Assembly: GCF_031769215.1 (NCBI RefSeq)
Contig: NW_026783060.1
Coordinates: 1-64,000 of the forward strand
DNA: 64,000 bases
Direction of reading: 5' to 3'
DNA from: Ylistrum balloti
Taxonomy: Eukaryota
The position numbers were made by a program, and so were the translations under genes. The notes under the pieces were generated by a model. That model had not been told where the DNA came from. It did no database searches and saw nothing but the letters and a program-made list of their open reading frames with translations. Positions 1 through 9,062 of this stretch are shown one piece after another (position 1 is the first letter of the stretch; every line of letters begins with the position of its first letter).

Positions 1-395
1 TCCCACATTGAACATTGATTACCGTATTTTTCGTGAATAACTAAGTATTCTTTACCGACGGTAGCTGTTGGCGGAAATTTTAGCACAACGTTTCCGCTGG
101 TGGTATCTGCTAGAATAATATGATACGTATCATCCAGATTATACAAACCTGCTGTAACGAGGGTGGTTACGGGTGTAGGGTTAACAATTTGACCATCGAC
201 ATAATTCTTAGTAGAGACGTCTTGCGCGTTCACGGGATCCGACACGTTCGTTAACGTATTTCCCGCCATATCGATGGAACCAGTTACGGTAGCCCCATTC
301 TTTCGTAGAAAATTCTTATTGACGTACGACAGAGACACACCGGGTTCTGGTGGTGGGATGTTGTACGTCATATATCCAAATTTGTGAATAGGCAT
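1..395 (-). CDS. Putative fibre/spike protein 1 (runs off the window edge; absent from the ORF track because no stop is reached)
   Basis: Manual translation from ATG 395: MPIHKFGYMTYNIPPPEPGVSLSYVNKNFLRKNGATVTGSIDMAGNTLTNVSDPVNAQDVSTKNYVDGQIVNPTPVTTLVTAGLYNLDDTYHIILADTTSGNVVLKFPPTATVGKEYLVIHEKYGNQCSMW... The DMAGNTLTNVSDP..DVSTKNYVD segment resembles tail-fibre/adhesin stalk repeats. Function is inferred. Confidence 0.65.
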   Translation of the reverse strand, partial: MPIHKFGYMTYNIPPPEPGVSLSYVNKNFLRKNGATVTGSIDMAGNTLTNVSDPVNAQDVSTKNYVDGQIVNPTPVTTLVTAGLYNLDDTYHIILADTTSGNVVLKFPPTATVGKEYLVIHEKYGNQCSMW

Positions 396-428
396 TCATT
401 TATCCATGTAATTTTTATAAATTAATTT

Positions 429-749
429 TTAGAATGAAATATATATATTTTTGTTGTTGTTATATACAAAGTTGAGCACATCACCTACATTTAAACTGAT
501 TCCTCTCACATCCGAAACGTGATTAAATTCTCCTTGTGGCTTTAAAATTTTACATTGAGTTTTACTACCATTAACCACGAGGACTACACCAGCCTCTTCG
601 GGAGTGGATTCTGGTGTTGTAACCGACATACCTATTTTCAAAACTTTAGTTGGTGCTAGCACGGTATAGCCAGCGTTTTTACCTGTTGCACCATCGTACT
701 TCCCTTTCACCAGTCCACCTTTTTCTTCAGCCCAGATAGTTATATATTT
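429..749 (-). CDS. Beta-rich domain (TIWAEEKGG...), in frame with ORF 750..950 behind a single TAA; possible fibre head
   Basis: Codons continue KYITIWAEEKGGLVKGKY... directly after the TAA at 750-752 in the same frame. There is no ATG of its own (the track starts it at a GTG). Confidence 0.5.
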   Translation of the reverse strand, partial: KYITIWAEEKGGLVKGKYDGATGKNAGYTVLAPTKVLKIGMSVTTPESTPEEAGVVLVVNGSKTQCKILKPQGEFNHVSDVRGISLNVGDVLNFVYNNNKNIYISF

Positions 750-950
750 TTATTCATTTTTCTTTGTAATTTTTGTGTATTCATTAATAGCTGAGAATAC
801 TTGTACTCTTAGATCCTGGATATCCATCTCTAATTTAGTCACATCAGCTTTTCTTTGGAAATTCTTATTGACGTACGACAGAGACACACCGGGTTCTGGT
901 GTTGGGATGTTGTACTCTGACGTCATATATCCAAATTTGTGAATAGGCAT
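750..950 (-). CDS. Putative fibre/spike protein 2 N-terminal part (shared MPIHKFG tail plus short coiled coil)
   Basis: The first ~30 codons are a near-identical DNA copy of the start of ORF <1..395. The C-terminal half DVTKLEMDIQDLRVQV has a heptad-like pattern. Confidence 0.6.
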   Translation of the reverse strand: MPIHKFGYMTSEYNIPTPEPGVSLSYVNKNFQRKADVTKLEMDIQDLRVQVFSAINEYTKITKKNE

Positions 951-981
951 GTTTTTTTAATATATATATATTTTTTATAAA

Positions 982-1391
982 TCAATACAATCCGTTTATG
1001 ATCTCTTGAAGCTCTCTCCCCGCGCTCATCTCTTTTAGAACGTATAAACACAAATGACCGCAAAATACCTGATCGGCTGGCTGAACCTGCTCTGTATTGT
1101 ACAAGATCCCTCGCTATAGGATATCAACTCATTCGGAGGTTGTATGCCATAGCTATCGAAATAGTATTTATTTTTTCCTTGTTTGTACCAGGCGGTCCAG
1201 TGCGTTCCTCCTCCGTCACTAGAATCTAAATTCAGAATCCCACATTCATTTCTCTTTGGTCTCTTCGGAAGTGTATCGCGCAGAAATACTCCTCTAAAGT
1301 TTGGTATTTTCAATTCATCTGCAGCCCTCATTAACTCGATATTACTTAGCGGTTTATTTGGCAGAACGACTTTTCCCACTGAAATGTTCAT
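982..1391 (-). pseudogene. PRO: Adenain-like cysteine protease, frameshifted near 1110
   Basis: Catalytic His (GTHWTAW) and Asp (YFDSYG) are in ORF 1035..1391. The catalytic Cys region ILYNTEQVQPADQVFCGHLCLYVLKEMSAGRELQEIINGLY* lies in the adjacent frame, ending TGA 982-984. Confidence 0.9.
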
Positions 1392-1406
1392 TTTTATATA
1401 TATCTA

Positions 1407-4400
1407 TTAAAGTTTAAAGTGTCCGTGGGCTAGTGTGCGCATCCCATCCTGGAGGATGATTCGCTTGTCGTCATTTGCCGAAAGAGCTATTTTGTTAATT
1501 TCTTCGGTGTACACATCATGACAGTGGCTCCTGATGACGTTCATCTTTCTCAACTGATCCTCACCCGTAAACAAACATTTCTTGTAATCCTCAAACGAAA
1601 TACTCTTTCTGACAACGGACCTTTTCACCCCCTTACACTTCTTCTCCTCATACCCCTCAAGCAACTTGTAACTGTACAACTTAGCTCTCAACCCCACGAA
1701 TTCTCGGATGATCTTACCTCCTGCCTCGTCCTTGAACATCCCCACCACTTTCTTGTTACGACCGACTTCGATGCCCGATGGGTGATCCTTTGGGAAGTTG
1801 CTGGTGTCAAACTTGGCTGCCACGTCACCAGAGATGTCCTTGTAAAAGTCTTCCGTCTGGATTTCGTATGCCAAGGAATCGGTATCGGTAAACAGGAGTT
1901 TTGCCTTTTCTCCGTACTTTGTCTTCATGTAGTTGTAATGGAAGTCGTACATCAACGTCTTGCTCAGATCGAGGATGCACATCCCGAGATAAACGGGCTT
2001 GTTGAACTTCAGTTTCGTCTTTTTCATATGTACGGCAACCAGGTTCTCGTCGAAGATGGTGCAATGTTTAAAATTGGGTTTTGCTGCCAACTTCTTCGCT
2101 TTTGTCTCGTCGTTGACTAGTCGGATATCCACTCGGCTCCTAATGTTCTCCATAGTCTTTCCGAAAACAGAGTTGTTCATGAGCTTGAAAAAGTCCTTTT
2201 CAAACTCATTGTTTGCCTCTGCTCGGAGATTGGTGTTCAGGTCGATGTATTGCTTCAACCATGCACTTTCCTCGAACCTGATGCCCCTGTGGATCTTTGT
2301 AATCTTCATTCCCAAGCCCTCGTATAGTTTGAGGTTCTCGTAGTGAATGACATAGTTAGTTTTGTCATTGAGATTGGGAATAAGCTTTTCCACATTATGG
2401 ACTTTGAGACTTTCTGGAGCGAGCGGATAGTCATTGTGGAGATCATGCAGATCCTTTGGATATTCAAGGTCAACCTCCAGTATACAGCTGTGGTTCTTCC
2501 AAGAGTCCAGTTCACTGTCTGTCATCCACCCGAATCCGTGTGTAGGGAGCGGTTTGCTCATGGCCCAACCATAGAGATTGTTGGCATCCAAATAGGCAAT
2601 ATACTTCGCAGGATCATGGGGGTTGAATGTTTCACCCATGTATGGGTTGTTTGCTTTGCCATATCTGTTGCTGATCATCGATATCCCGCCTCTGATACCT
2701 TTCTCCACCATGAGCAACATGTCTGGATCTGATAACAGCTCCAACTTCACTTCGGTGATTTTCAAGGCAGCGTCCCATGCTAGTCCAGGCGCTGTATAAT
2801 ACCAGGCAGGGTCAAGATCGTAGTTCTTGATGCAGACGTCTCTAAAGTTCTCGAAGACATCTGCCAAGAGCAACACGTCCGACTGGTTGTACAGTTCGTG
2901 GTAGTCCCTGAGTGACTTCATGCCAAACTCTTTCCACACAGTTTGTGCATGCTCATAGTCATCGTCACTAATCTCTTCTCCACTGAGTCTGGAGTAGAAC
3001 GCTACTTTTCGTGGAAGGGCTGTTTCATCTAGTCTTTTGAGTGAATCCATATATTCATATGGGTAGACACCCTTTCTCATTAGTAAGTCTAGATGTTTTC
3101 CGTTATAGTACTTCGAAGTGTTAGTGAAGCAGTCCTGATCCAGATTACCGGACAGCTTATCCAGGCTAGAGGCCATGAACTTGAAGCTGTCGATGAATCT
3201 GAGTTGGTGCTTAACATCCTTCTCTTTCCCGTCCTTGCCAGTATAAGAACCGACAACAACCTCCTTGGTGAAGCTGATGTACTTTTCCTCGTTGTTCGGG
3301 ATGCAGTTGATGTTCCCCTCAGTTTTACCGAGGTTCTTGACGAACAGATGACTGTCATAGCCGCTCAGATTGTGGAACACCACGGGAGTGAACTTCGGCT
3401 TCTTGTACTGCAAGTTACAACTATTGTGAGCTGCACCTCGGTATTTCCCAGTAAAGTGACAGTGATCTCTCACCTTCTTGTCATCCTTACTGAACTCACC
3501 TTGGCAGATCCAGCACTTTGTCGCCTTTTGGAATTGTTTGCGGTCATTTTCCCCAAAAATCATTGGTTTCGCCGGAATTTTGCCAATTTCTTTGATGTCT
3601 TTCTCCAACATTTCTACGAATATTTGGGAGACATCTTCGTCGTCAGTTTTCGCGGTGTAGGTAACCGGATCTTTAGAGAAGACACCATCATCAAAGCATT
3701 TGATGTAGTAACAAAAGCTCGATGGGGTGTGTTTCTGGTATTTCTTCGTGTAGCTCTTTCCCGGACACGGTTCACACGTATCTACGGGTTTGATGAAAGA
3801 TTCAAAGTCAGCATACACTGTGAACGGCACTCTCATGGACTTGTGTATGTGCCCAAACGAAATGGTCGAGCCCTCTTCTGGCATCTCTATCTTGACGGCC
3901 TCGTTTGAATAACAGTATTCCATGTGCTTATTCAACGATTCCTGTGAGTAGAAGGGGTTCAAACATCTGAGACAGTAATAATTTTTGTGTTGGTGGTTTC
4001 CGGTTTGGCTGGACAACAAACGGCTCATGTCTTTGATGACGCAGTAATGCTGCTTTTCCCCATCAGAGATCAATAAAAGGTTTATTGTTACCCTATCAAC
4101 GTGTTTGCTTATTCGGAGGGGGTAAACACTAGTTTCATAGCCAAAGACATTAATAGATATGTCTGGGTTTTGCTTCTCGACATGATCTATTGTCTTAAGA
4201 CTAACTGGGTAATCAATACCGTCCATGTTGAGTTTTTCTGCTTGCATTCTGAGCATCTTAGTTATGCGGCAAGCATCACGTTCTACGGGATGTAATGCTC
4301 GAGCCAGTGCCCAGAGGAAGCATCTGTTGTCATCATTTTTGACATTGATCACTCCCTTCTTAGGATGTGCAAGGGCCTCCGGAGTAGGGATGTAAGAGCT

Positions 4401-5144
4401 CCCCCTCAACGGTTCATAAGCAACTGTATGAATTTCAATGGCAATGATAGATTTAAATGTCCAGTTGCTGCCTCGCAACTGGAATGTCGCCATGGCCTCC
4501 ATGACTCTATCTACCATTGCATCATACAGCTCATCTGCATCTGTTCCCTCGAGGTTAATCTCGACATTAGAGTGAAAGGCTGCAGGCTCTACGATTGTTT
4601 CCGAGGCACTAACAAGGTTCACTTTTTCCATGTTACATCTAAGAATTAGCTTTACCTTAGTGCCTCGGATTCCTCTCAAGAGGTTAACTACATTTTGTCG
4701 GGCTGTGTTGAGAAACGATTGAGCATCAAACCCCTCTCTGCCATCTATGGTATATTGAGTCGTAAATTTCCTCAGAGCAGATCTTGTCTCTCTGATTTCA
4801 AACATCTGCTGCTTTCTGAATAAAGCATCTACTTTTTCCTTCAAGGCTTTTAATTTCGATGGGGCCTTCTTAACAACTTCTCTGTCTGCATCATGCAGCC
4901 ATTCAACCCAATCTACAGCAGCTTTGATCGATTTATTTACTTTTTGTTTAACCTTGTCCCTGGTTGTAGGGATAAGGACAGGTTGAAGAGTCGGCACATT
5001 GATGCTAGGTACATCTGCATCTAAGAAATTTTGATCTGGAGGATTCCTCTGTGGGATGAAAGCCGATGCCAGTCGTCTTGCTCCTCTAGCAATGTTTGTT
5101 GCAGCATTCATAGCCGCATTACTAATTCTTCTGAAAAGACTCAT
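1407..5144 (-). CDS. POLB: Protein-primed family B DNA polymerase, open; ORF track starts at 5189, likely start ATG 5144 (MSLFRR)
   Basis: Exo I YADFES, Exo II FHNLSGYDSH, Exo III YNQSDV, Pol A YLDANNLYG, Pol B KLMNNSVFGK, Pol C FTDTDS. Zn-finger (YCLRCLN...HMEYC) and EndoVII-like segment (CWIC...DHCH...HNSCN). The extra 15 codons to 5189 translate the AT-rich upstream motif. Confidence 0.97.
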   Translation of the reverse strand: MSLFRRISNAAMNAATNIARGARRLASAFIPQRNPPDQNFLDADVPSINVPTLQPVLIPTTRDKVKQKVNKSIKAAVDWVEWLHDADREVVKKAPSKLKALKEKVDALFRKQQMFEIRETRSALRKFTTQYTIDGREGFDAQSFLNTARQNVVNLLRGIRGTKVKLILRCNMEKVNLVSASETIVEPAAFHSNVEINLEGTDADELYDAMVDRVMEAMATFQLRGSNWTFKSIIAIEIHTVAYEPLRGSSYIPTPEALAHPKKGVINVKNDDNRCFLWALARALHPVERDACRITKMLRMQAEKLNMDGIDYPVSLKTIDHVEKQNPDISINVFGYETSVYPLRISKHVDRVTINLLLISDGEKQHYCVIKDMSRLLSSQTGNHQHKNYYCLRCLNPFYSQESLNKHMEYCYSNEAVKIEMPEEGSTISFGHIHKSMRVPFTVYADFESFIKPVDTCEPCPGKSYTKKYQKHTPSSFCYYIKCFDDGVFSKDPVTYTAKTDDEDVSQIFVEMLEKDIKEIGKIPAKPMIFGENDRKQFQKATKCWICQGEFSKDDKKVRDHCHFTGKYRGAAHNSCNLQYKKPKFTPVVFHNLSGYDSHLFVKNLGKTEGNINCIPNNEEKYISFTKEVVVGSYTGKDGKEKDVKHQLRFIDSFKFMASSLDKLSGNLDQDCFTNTSKYYNGKHLDLLMRKGVYPYEYMDSLKRLDETALPRKVAFYSRLSGEEISDDDYEHAQTVWKEFGMKSLRDYHELYNQSDVLLLADVFENFRDVCIKNYDLDPAWYYTAPGLAWDAALKITEVKLELLSDPDMLLMVEKGIRGGISMISNRYGKANNPYMGETFNPHDPAKYIAYLDANNLYGWAMSKPLPTHGFGWMTDSELDSWKNHSCILEVDLEYPKDLHDLHNDYPLAPESLKVHNVEKLIPNLNDKTNYVIHYENLKLYEGLGMKITKIHRGIRFEESAWLKQYIDLNTNLRAEANNEFEKDFFKLMNNSVFGKTMENIRSRVDIRLVNDETKAKKLAAKPNFKHCTIFDENLVAVHMKKTKLKFNKPVYLGMCILDLSKTLMYDFHYNYMKTKYGEKAKLLFTDTDSLAYEIQTEDFYKDISGDVAAKFDTSNFPKDHPSGIEVGRNKKVVGMFKDEAGGKIIREFVGLRAKLYSYKLLEGYEEKKCKGVKRSVVRKSISFEDYKKCLFTGEDQLRKMNVIRSHCHDVYTEEINKIALSANDDKRIILQDGMRTLAHGHFKL

Positions 5145-5158
5145 TGTTTTTATTATAT

Positions 5159-5179
5159 ATAGATTTTTTTTTCTATAAG
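5159..5179 (-). promoter_or_regulatory. Conserved upstream motif, divergent copy before PolB
   Basis: Minus strand CTTATAGAAAAAAAAATCTAT, ~15 nt before ATG 5144. Confidence 0.4.
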
Positions 5180-5251
5180 CCATTTTCAATTTTTTTTTAT
5201 TTTTTCATGAATGTTGTATATGTTAACCCACATACAACATTTTTTTTTTGC

Positions 5252-5608
5252 TTACATCTTGCTAATTCCTCTGGGGTCACCCACTTTAATCTCATACTTG
5301 TTTTTCCACACCCTTCCATCCCAAAAGGTTATTATCCTCGAGGATTTGTCTATGAATTGAGATGCCTTATAAATGGATGGAAATGTAATCTCCTCTCCAG
5401 TATTAACATCCCTCAACACAACAGGTTTGGGGTTATTTCTAACTGCCATTGGATCTACCTCTTTCTTTGTCTTCACTGGTTTGGGTGGTTCCTCTGGTAT
5501 TAATTCCTTTCCTTTCAACAGCTCGATCAGCCGCTTCTTGCCGCAATGAGAATAACCTTTGATTTTATTCTCACGAAGAATTGTTTTCAACTCAGACAGT
5601 TTCAACAT
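5252..5608 (-). CDS. Small DNA-binding protein: HeH/Rho-N-like domain plus NUMOD1-like helix-turn-helix
   Basis: N-terminal LSELKTILRENKIKGYSHCGKKRLIELL fits the helix-extension-helix pattern. C-terminal KPVVLRDVNTGEEITFPSIYKASQFI fits the NUMOD1 pattern. Confidence 0.6.
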   Translation of the reverse strand: MLKLSELKTILRENKIKGYSHCGKKRLIELLKGKELIPEEPPKPVKTKKEVDPMAVRNNPKPVVLRDVNTGEEITFPSIYKASQFIDKSSRIITFWDGRVWKNKYEIKVGDPRGISKM

Positions 5609-5617
5609 TGTTTTTTA

Positions 5618-5645
5618 ATTATAGATTTTTATTTTCTTAAAGTCA
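5618..5645 (-). promoter_or_regulatory. Conserved upstream motif TGACTT(T/A)AAGAAAA-N5-6-TCTATAAT
   Basis: TGACTTTAAGAAAATAAAAATCTATAAT, 10 nt before ATG 5608. Confidence 0.5.
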
Positions 5646-5665
5646 TTTTCAAGAAATGTAGAAAT

Positions 5666-6961
5666 CTAGCTATATACAACGTTTACCTTCTTCCCATCGG
5701 TCTTGAAGTTTATCATCTTGTCACTAATCACAACAGCAAATGCTTCGGTACCCGCTGGCACGTTGGCATTAAACTGCATTTTTATTTGGATGTCAGTGAC
5801 TGCGGTCTTCAGTCGCTCACTCTGCTTGCTGACGTCGAACACAAACAGTGGGAAAAGAGTCTTGTAATCGGCGGGGGTGATGTTGGGGTTTGACACCAAC
5901 TCGTCCATGTTGTAAAACTTGGACCTGAAGGCTGCTGCATCACCGTACGCCCGACTGAATTGCTGTTTGGGAAAGGAGAGGTTGTAGTCAACTGCGGGGT
6001 ATCTAGCCGAGTTTAGCATGACAAATATATTCCTCACATTGACGTTGTCAAAGATGGAAGGATTCTGCTCTTGGTCACCGTCTTTGTCAGTTTGGAAACC
6101 GACAATGATATAGCGCGGTCTTTCAGGCGCTGATTTGACAGATAGTCTCCAGGTGAAGCTAGTTGACTGTGGTACGGAGATGGAATCACATTGCCTGATC
6201 CTGTACATTACGGGTAGAAGCGCATTTGAATCGAGTGTCTTGTAAAGCTGAAATTTTTCAGCATCTGCGGGTAGTACATGAGGCATAAACCACGACACCT
6301 TTTCGAGGGTAATTTTCCCATCATCAACATTTGCATTCCTGAAGATCGCATCGTTGTCCGTTTTCCGCACCAGAGTCAGGGTTTGTTTCATACCATACAC
6401 AATTTTGTCATAGTCTTCGCAAAATCCAAAGATGTGCTTGAGTGGTACTCTGAAACTAAATGTGCCCTTTGGATCAGGAGATTTGATTATATAGGATTGG
6501 CGAACGCTAAATCCGGCATTGCCTGCTGCTGCAGCTGCAGATGCTGCAGCTGATGTGTCCTTGTACCACAATTGATTCAAACCCTGCGACTTGGAGAAGT
6601 CATCTGGATATTTCAACAGACCAAGCATCGTTGTACCCTGTCCTGGATGAAAGAGAGATTCAATCTCCTGTCCTGAAAGCTGGTACTTGATGTTGCTGAA
6701 AAGATACATGAGAGCATTATTCGTCAGTGTAACGTTATCATCGTTTGCGTAAGCGGTCCCGTCAGTTTTTGTCAGACGCCCTTCGATGATCAGATAGCTC
6801 TCGCTTGGGTGAGTAAACAGATCTTGTGTTTCAATATTGATCCTGAGCTCACCTGGGTTATTGAGATTCGTACCGGTAATCGGATCGTACTCATGGTGTT
6901 CGTATTCTTCGATGCTCTCATCCTTCATGGGAGCCTCAGTAAAATTTAGAATGTTCATCAT
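5666..6961 (-). CDS. PY: Major capsid protein (double jelly-roll; Polinton PY / adintovirus hexon), open, 431 aa
   Basis: Typical N-terminus (DESIEEYEHHEYDPITGTNLNNPGELRINIE..DLFTHPSESYLIIEGRL) and typical PRYIIVGFQT and PLFVFDVSKQSE segments. Size and context fit. Confidence 0.9.
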   Translation of the reverse strand: MMNILNFTEAPMKDESIEEYEHHEYDPITGTNLNNPGELRINIETQDLFTHPSESYLIIEGRLTKTDGTAYANDDNVTLTNNALMYLFSNIKYQLSGQEIESLFHPGQGTTMLGLLKYPDDFSKSQGLNQLWYKDTSAAASAAAAAGNAGFSVRQSYIIKSPDPKGTFSFRVPLKHIFGFCEDYDKIVYGMKQTLTLVRKTDNDAIFRNANVDDGKITLEKVSWFMPHVLPADAEKFQLYKTLDSNALLPVMYRIRQCDSISVPQSTSFTWRLSVKSAPERPRYIIVGFQTDKDGDQEQNPSIFDNVNVRNIFVMLNSARYPAVDYNLSFPKQQFSRAYGDAAAFRSKFYNMDELVSNPNITPADYKTLFPLFVFDVSKQSERLKTAVTDIQIKMQFNANVPAGTEAFAVVISDKMINFKTDGKKVNVVYS

Positions 6962-7022
6962 ATTTTATTTTTTTATTAGCAAGAGAAATTTTTTTTATAT
7001 CATTTTACAGATATAAAATTTT

Positions 7023-7381
7023 TTACAGAACCCACAAATGGGCGAGCGCCCTGCCAGCATTATTAACATACACGTCCGACAACACAATACTATCAAGGTG
7101 TTCTTTAGGAGTACATTTCCAATACATTGCACAAATTTTGTTTTCGTAGACAAGCTTTATCTTGCCTAAACCACCGTTATAAAGATAATCATTAACCTCT
7201 CCCTCAATCTCTTCATCCTGTCTACCTTCTCTTCGGGTAGTTTCAAGACAACACCTCTATGATGCCCATTTACATCTTCAGTTTCAAGGAATTCACACCC
7301 TTCAAGGCTGATCCTTGCATTCTTGACAAAAATACATGAATCGCGTGTTTGGTAATCATGACGCTTGAATTCGATAGCCAT
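7023..7381 (-). pseudogene. Unknown ~120-aa protein with a frameshift near 7195
   Basis: ATG 7381 (MAIEFKRHDY...) follows the conserved upstream motif. An alternative frame continues EVNDYLYNGGLGKIKLVYENKICAMYWKCTPKEHLDSIVLSDVYVNNAGRALAHLWVL* to TAA 7023-7025. Confidence 0.5.
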
Positions 7382-7388
7382 TTTTTTT

Positions 7389-7416
7389 ATTATAGATTTC
7401 ATTTTTCTTTAAGTCA
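7389..7416 (-). promoter_or_regulatory. Conserved upstream motif, copy before ORF 7381
   Basis: TGACTTAAAGAAAAATGAAATCTATAAT, 8 nt before ATG 7381. Confidence 0.5.
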
Positions 7417-8024
7417 ATTTTAGACCAGATCCTTGATTCAATCTTTTGACGAGGTCTTGAATCGCAATCGCCCTCTGTTGCTGCATTCCGCTCCCATCTA
7501 TTAGTGAATGGATATTCTGATCAACTGGGGATGACTGCTTCGCCGGTGTACCAGCATGCTTTTGTAGAATTGCTCGAGATTTGGGTGTAAGAGCTTTACG
7601 TGCGAGACCGCGCACTCCTTTCTCAAGGAACTTCTTTCCAGCATCAAGAGCTGCAGTCTTTCCAGCATCCATAGCTTTCTTCCCCAACTTCCTTCCTTAG
7701 CAACGCTTTTACCAGCATCTAGAGCGGTAGAGGCTTTAAATATATAGTTTATTTGTTTCATTGTAAATAAACATCATTGTTATAATCTCGCAGTTTCGCA
7801 GCATTCGTGCGATTTAGCATCAAGAGCTGCAGTCTTTCCAGCATCCATAGCTTTCTTCCCAACTTCCTTAGCAACGCTTTTACCAGCATCTAGAGCGGTA
7901 GAGGCATCTGTTTCGCAGCATTGCTAGTAAATAATCTAGTGAAAAAACTTGCGATGCTATCAAACATTCCAGCACCGCCATAGACATACTGTCTTCTAAA
8001 TCCACGATTCTTTGCTATAAACAT
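7409..8024 (-). pseudogene. pVI-like / cupiennin-like amphipathic core protein, disrupted by a frameshift (~7906) and an internal duplication
   Basis: ATG 8024: MFIAKNRGFRRQYVYGGAGMFDSIASFFTRLFTSNAAKQ then a 1-nt shift into ASTALDAGKSVAKEVGKKAMDAGKTAALDA. C-terminus ...IDGSGM...NQGSGLKLT* is in ORF 7409..7687. A glycine cleavage motif precedes an amphipathic helix. Confidence 0.65.
7640..7905. repeat. Direct duplication 7640..7734 (95 bp) / 7816..7905 (90 bp) with ~80 bp filler
   Basis: agcatcaagagctgcagtctttccagcatccatagctttcttccc...gagcggtagaggc is present twice. The 7640 copy has +1 C and a +4 TCCT slip. Confidence 0.95.
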
Positions 8025-8030
8025 TATTTT

Positions 8031-9053
8031 TTATAGTCTAGATATTATTTTTTTATATGCATTGACGTCCAGCACCTTTTGTCTTTTTAGTTCATCGCAA
8101 ATCGATACAAGCTCGTTCCGAACGCCTGTGTTACCCGCTGCCTTGCTTGCCATCAGCAGGTCTAGTCTTTCGAGCAATGCATTAGGATCGCTAGGAATGA
8201 CAACAGATGTGCCGCTCCCTTCGTAATAATCCCTATTAGTCCAAATGGTTCTAAGCACATTCTTCCATTTCAACCCCTTGCTGGCCTTTGGTCTGTTACT
8301 CTCTGGATCGTTGCCTTTTTTGAGAGCGTTCGATTCAATCATCATCTTCGCGTAATTTTCGTAGTCCTGGTCGGTGTATATTTGATCGTCTGGATTCTTG
8401 GTTACGATGAGTTCCCACAATCCCGGTGTTCCTTGGTACTCTTCACCATCCACTACTATGTTATCATCTACAAAGGCGACGGGCTTATTGCCTATATAAA
8501 AATTGCCGTTCTTATCGTATAGCCCGTACGTTCTATCAGCCTCGGATTTGGAAGCGAACTTCCTTAAATATTCTTGCGCGATTGGTCCGATAAACTGCGT
8601 ATCAGTATCTTCCTTTTCTTGTTGTTGAAACCCCTCTATAGATGGAAACGCTGGAAATGTGATTTTCTTCAATTCCGATATGTTTTCTTTGATGGGTCTA
8701 ATATCAGACCTTATGTCTTCTGCCGTACTTTTTTGTACGTCCGTTATAGGCTTGAATATTTTACCGAGATCTGTTTGTAACTCTCGTTCACCAGTCCGTC
8801 TCTCTATCTCTCTGTTTTGGAGCCTCTTTTTCAGCTCGAGAAACTCTTTTACGATTAAATCCCTTTTCTCGGGATCTGTAATCTTTAGAAATGACTTTTT
8901 TTTTGTTTCTAAAGATAATATATCTTTTTTCATCTCGATTTTCATCTCACTTTCCATCTCACTTTTCATTTCGATTTTCATCTCGATTTTCATCTCACTT
9001 TTCATCTCACTTTTTATCTCGATTTTCATCTCGATTTTCATCTCGATTTTCAT
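8031..9053 (-). CDS. Conserved Polinton protein of unknown function with an N-terminal MK[IS]E repeat extension
   Basis: Open ORF. SFLKITDPEKRDLIVKEFL coiled region, YQGTPGLWELI core and C-terminal PSDPNALLERLDLLMASKAAGNTGVRNE are recurrent in Polinton proteins (recognised from family knowledge, not searched). Confidence 0.75.
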   Translation of the reverse strand: MKIEMKIEMKIEIKSEMKSEMKIEMKIEMKSEMESEMKIEMKKDILSLETKKKSFLKITDPEKRDLIVKEFLELKKRLQNREIERRTGERELQTDLGKIFKPITDVQKSTAEDIRSDIRPIKENISELKKITFPAFPSIEGFQQQEKEDTDTQFIGPIAQEYLRKFASKSEADRTYGLYDKNGNFYIGNKPVAFVDDNIVVDGEEYQGTPGLWELIVTKNPDDQIYTDQDYENYAKMMIESNALKKGNDPESNRPKASKGLKWKNVLRTIWTNRDYYEGSGTSVVIPSDPNALLERLDLLMASKAAGNTGVRNELVSICDELKRQKVLDVNAYKKIISRL

Positions 9054-9062
9054 CTCACTTTT
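8928..9062. repeat. 12-bp tandem repeat TTTCATCTC(GAT/ACT), ~11 units, coding MKIE/MKSE
   Basis: Directly visible; in frame with ORF 8031..9068. Confidence 0.95.

Larger units (their letters stand above)
310..950 (-). repeat. Direct duplication: 310..395 (86 bp) and 859..950 (92 bp)
   Basis: Identical except one substitution and a 6-bp in-frame insertion in the 859..950 copy. Both copies begin exactly at an ATG. Confidence 0.95.

Noticed and set aside
1518-4649. Long plus-strand ORFs (1518..2120, 2343..2732, 3093..3908 and others)
   Set aside because: Antisense shadows of PolB with no recognisable motifs.
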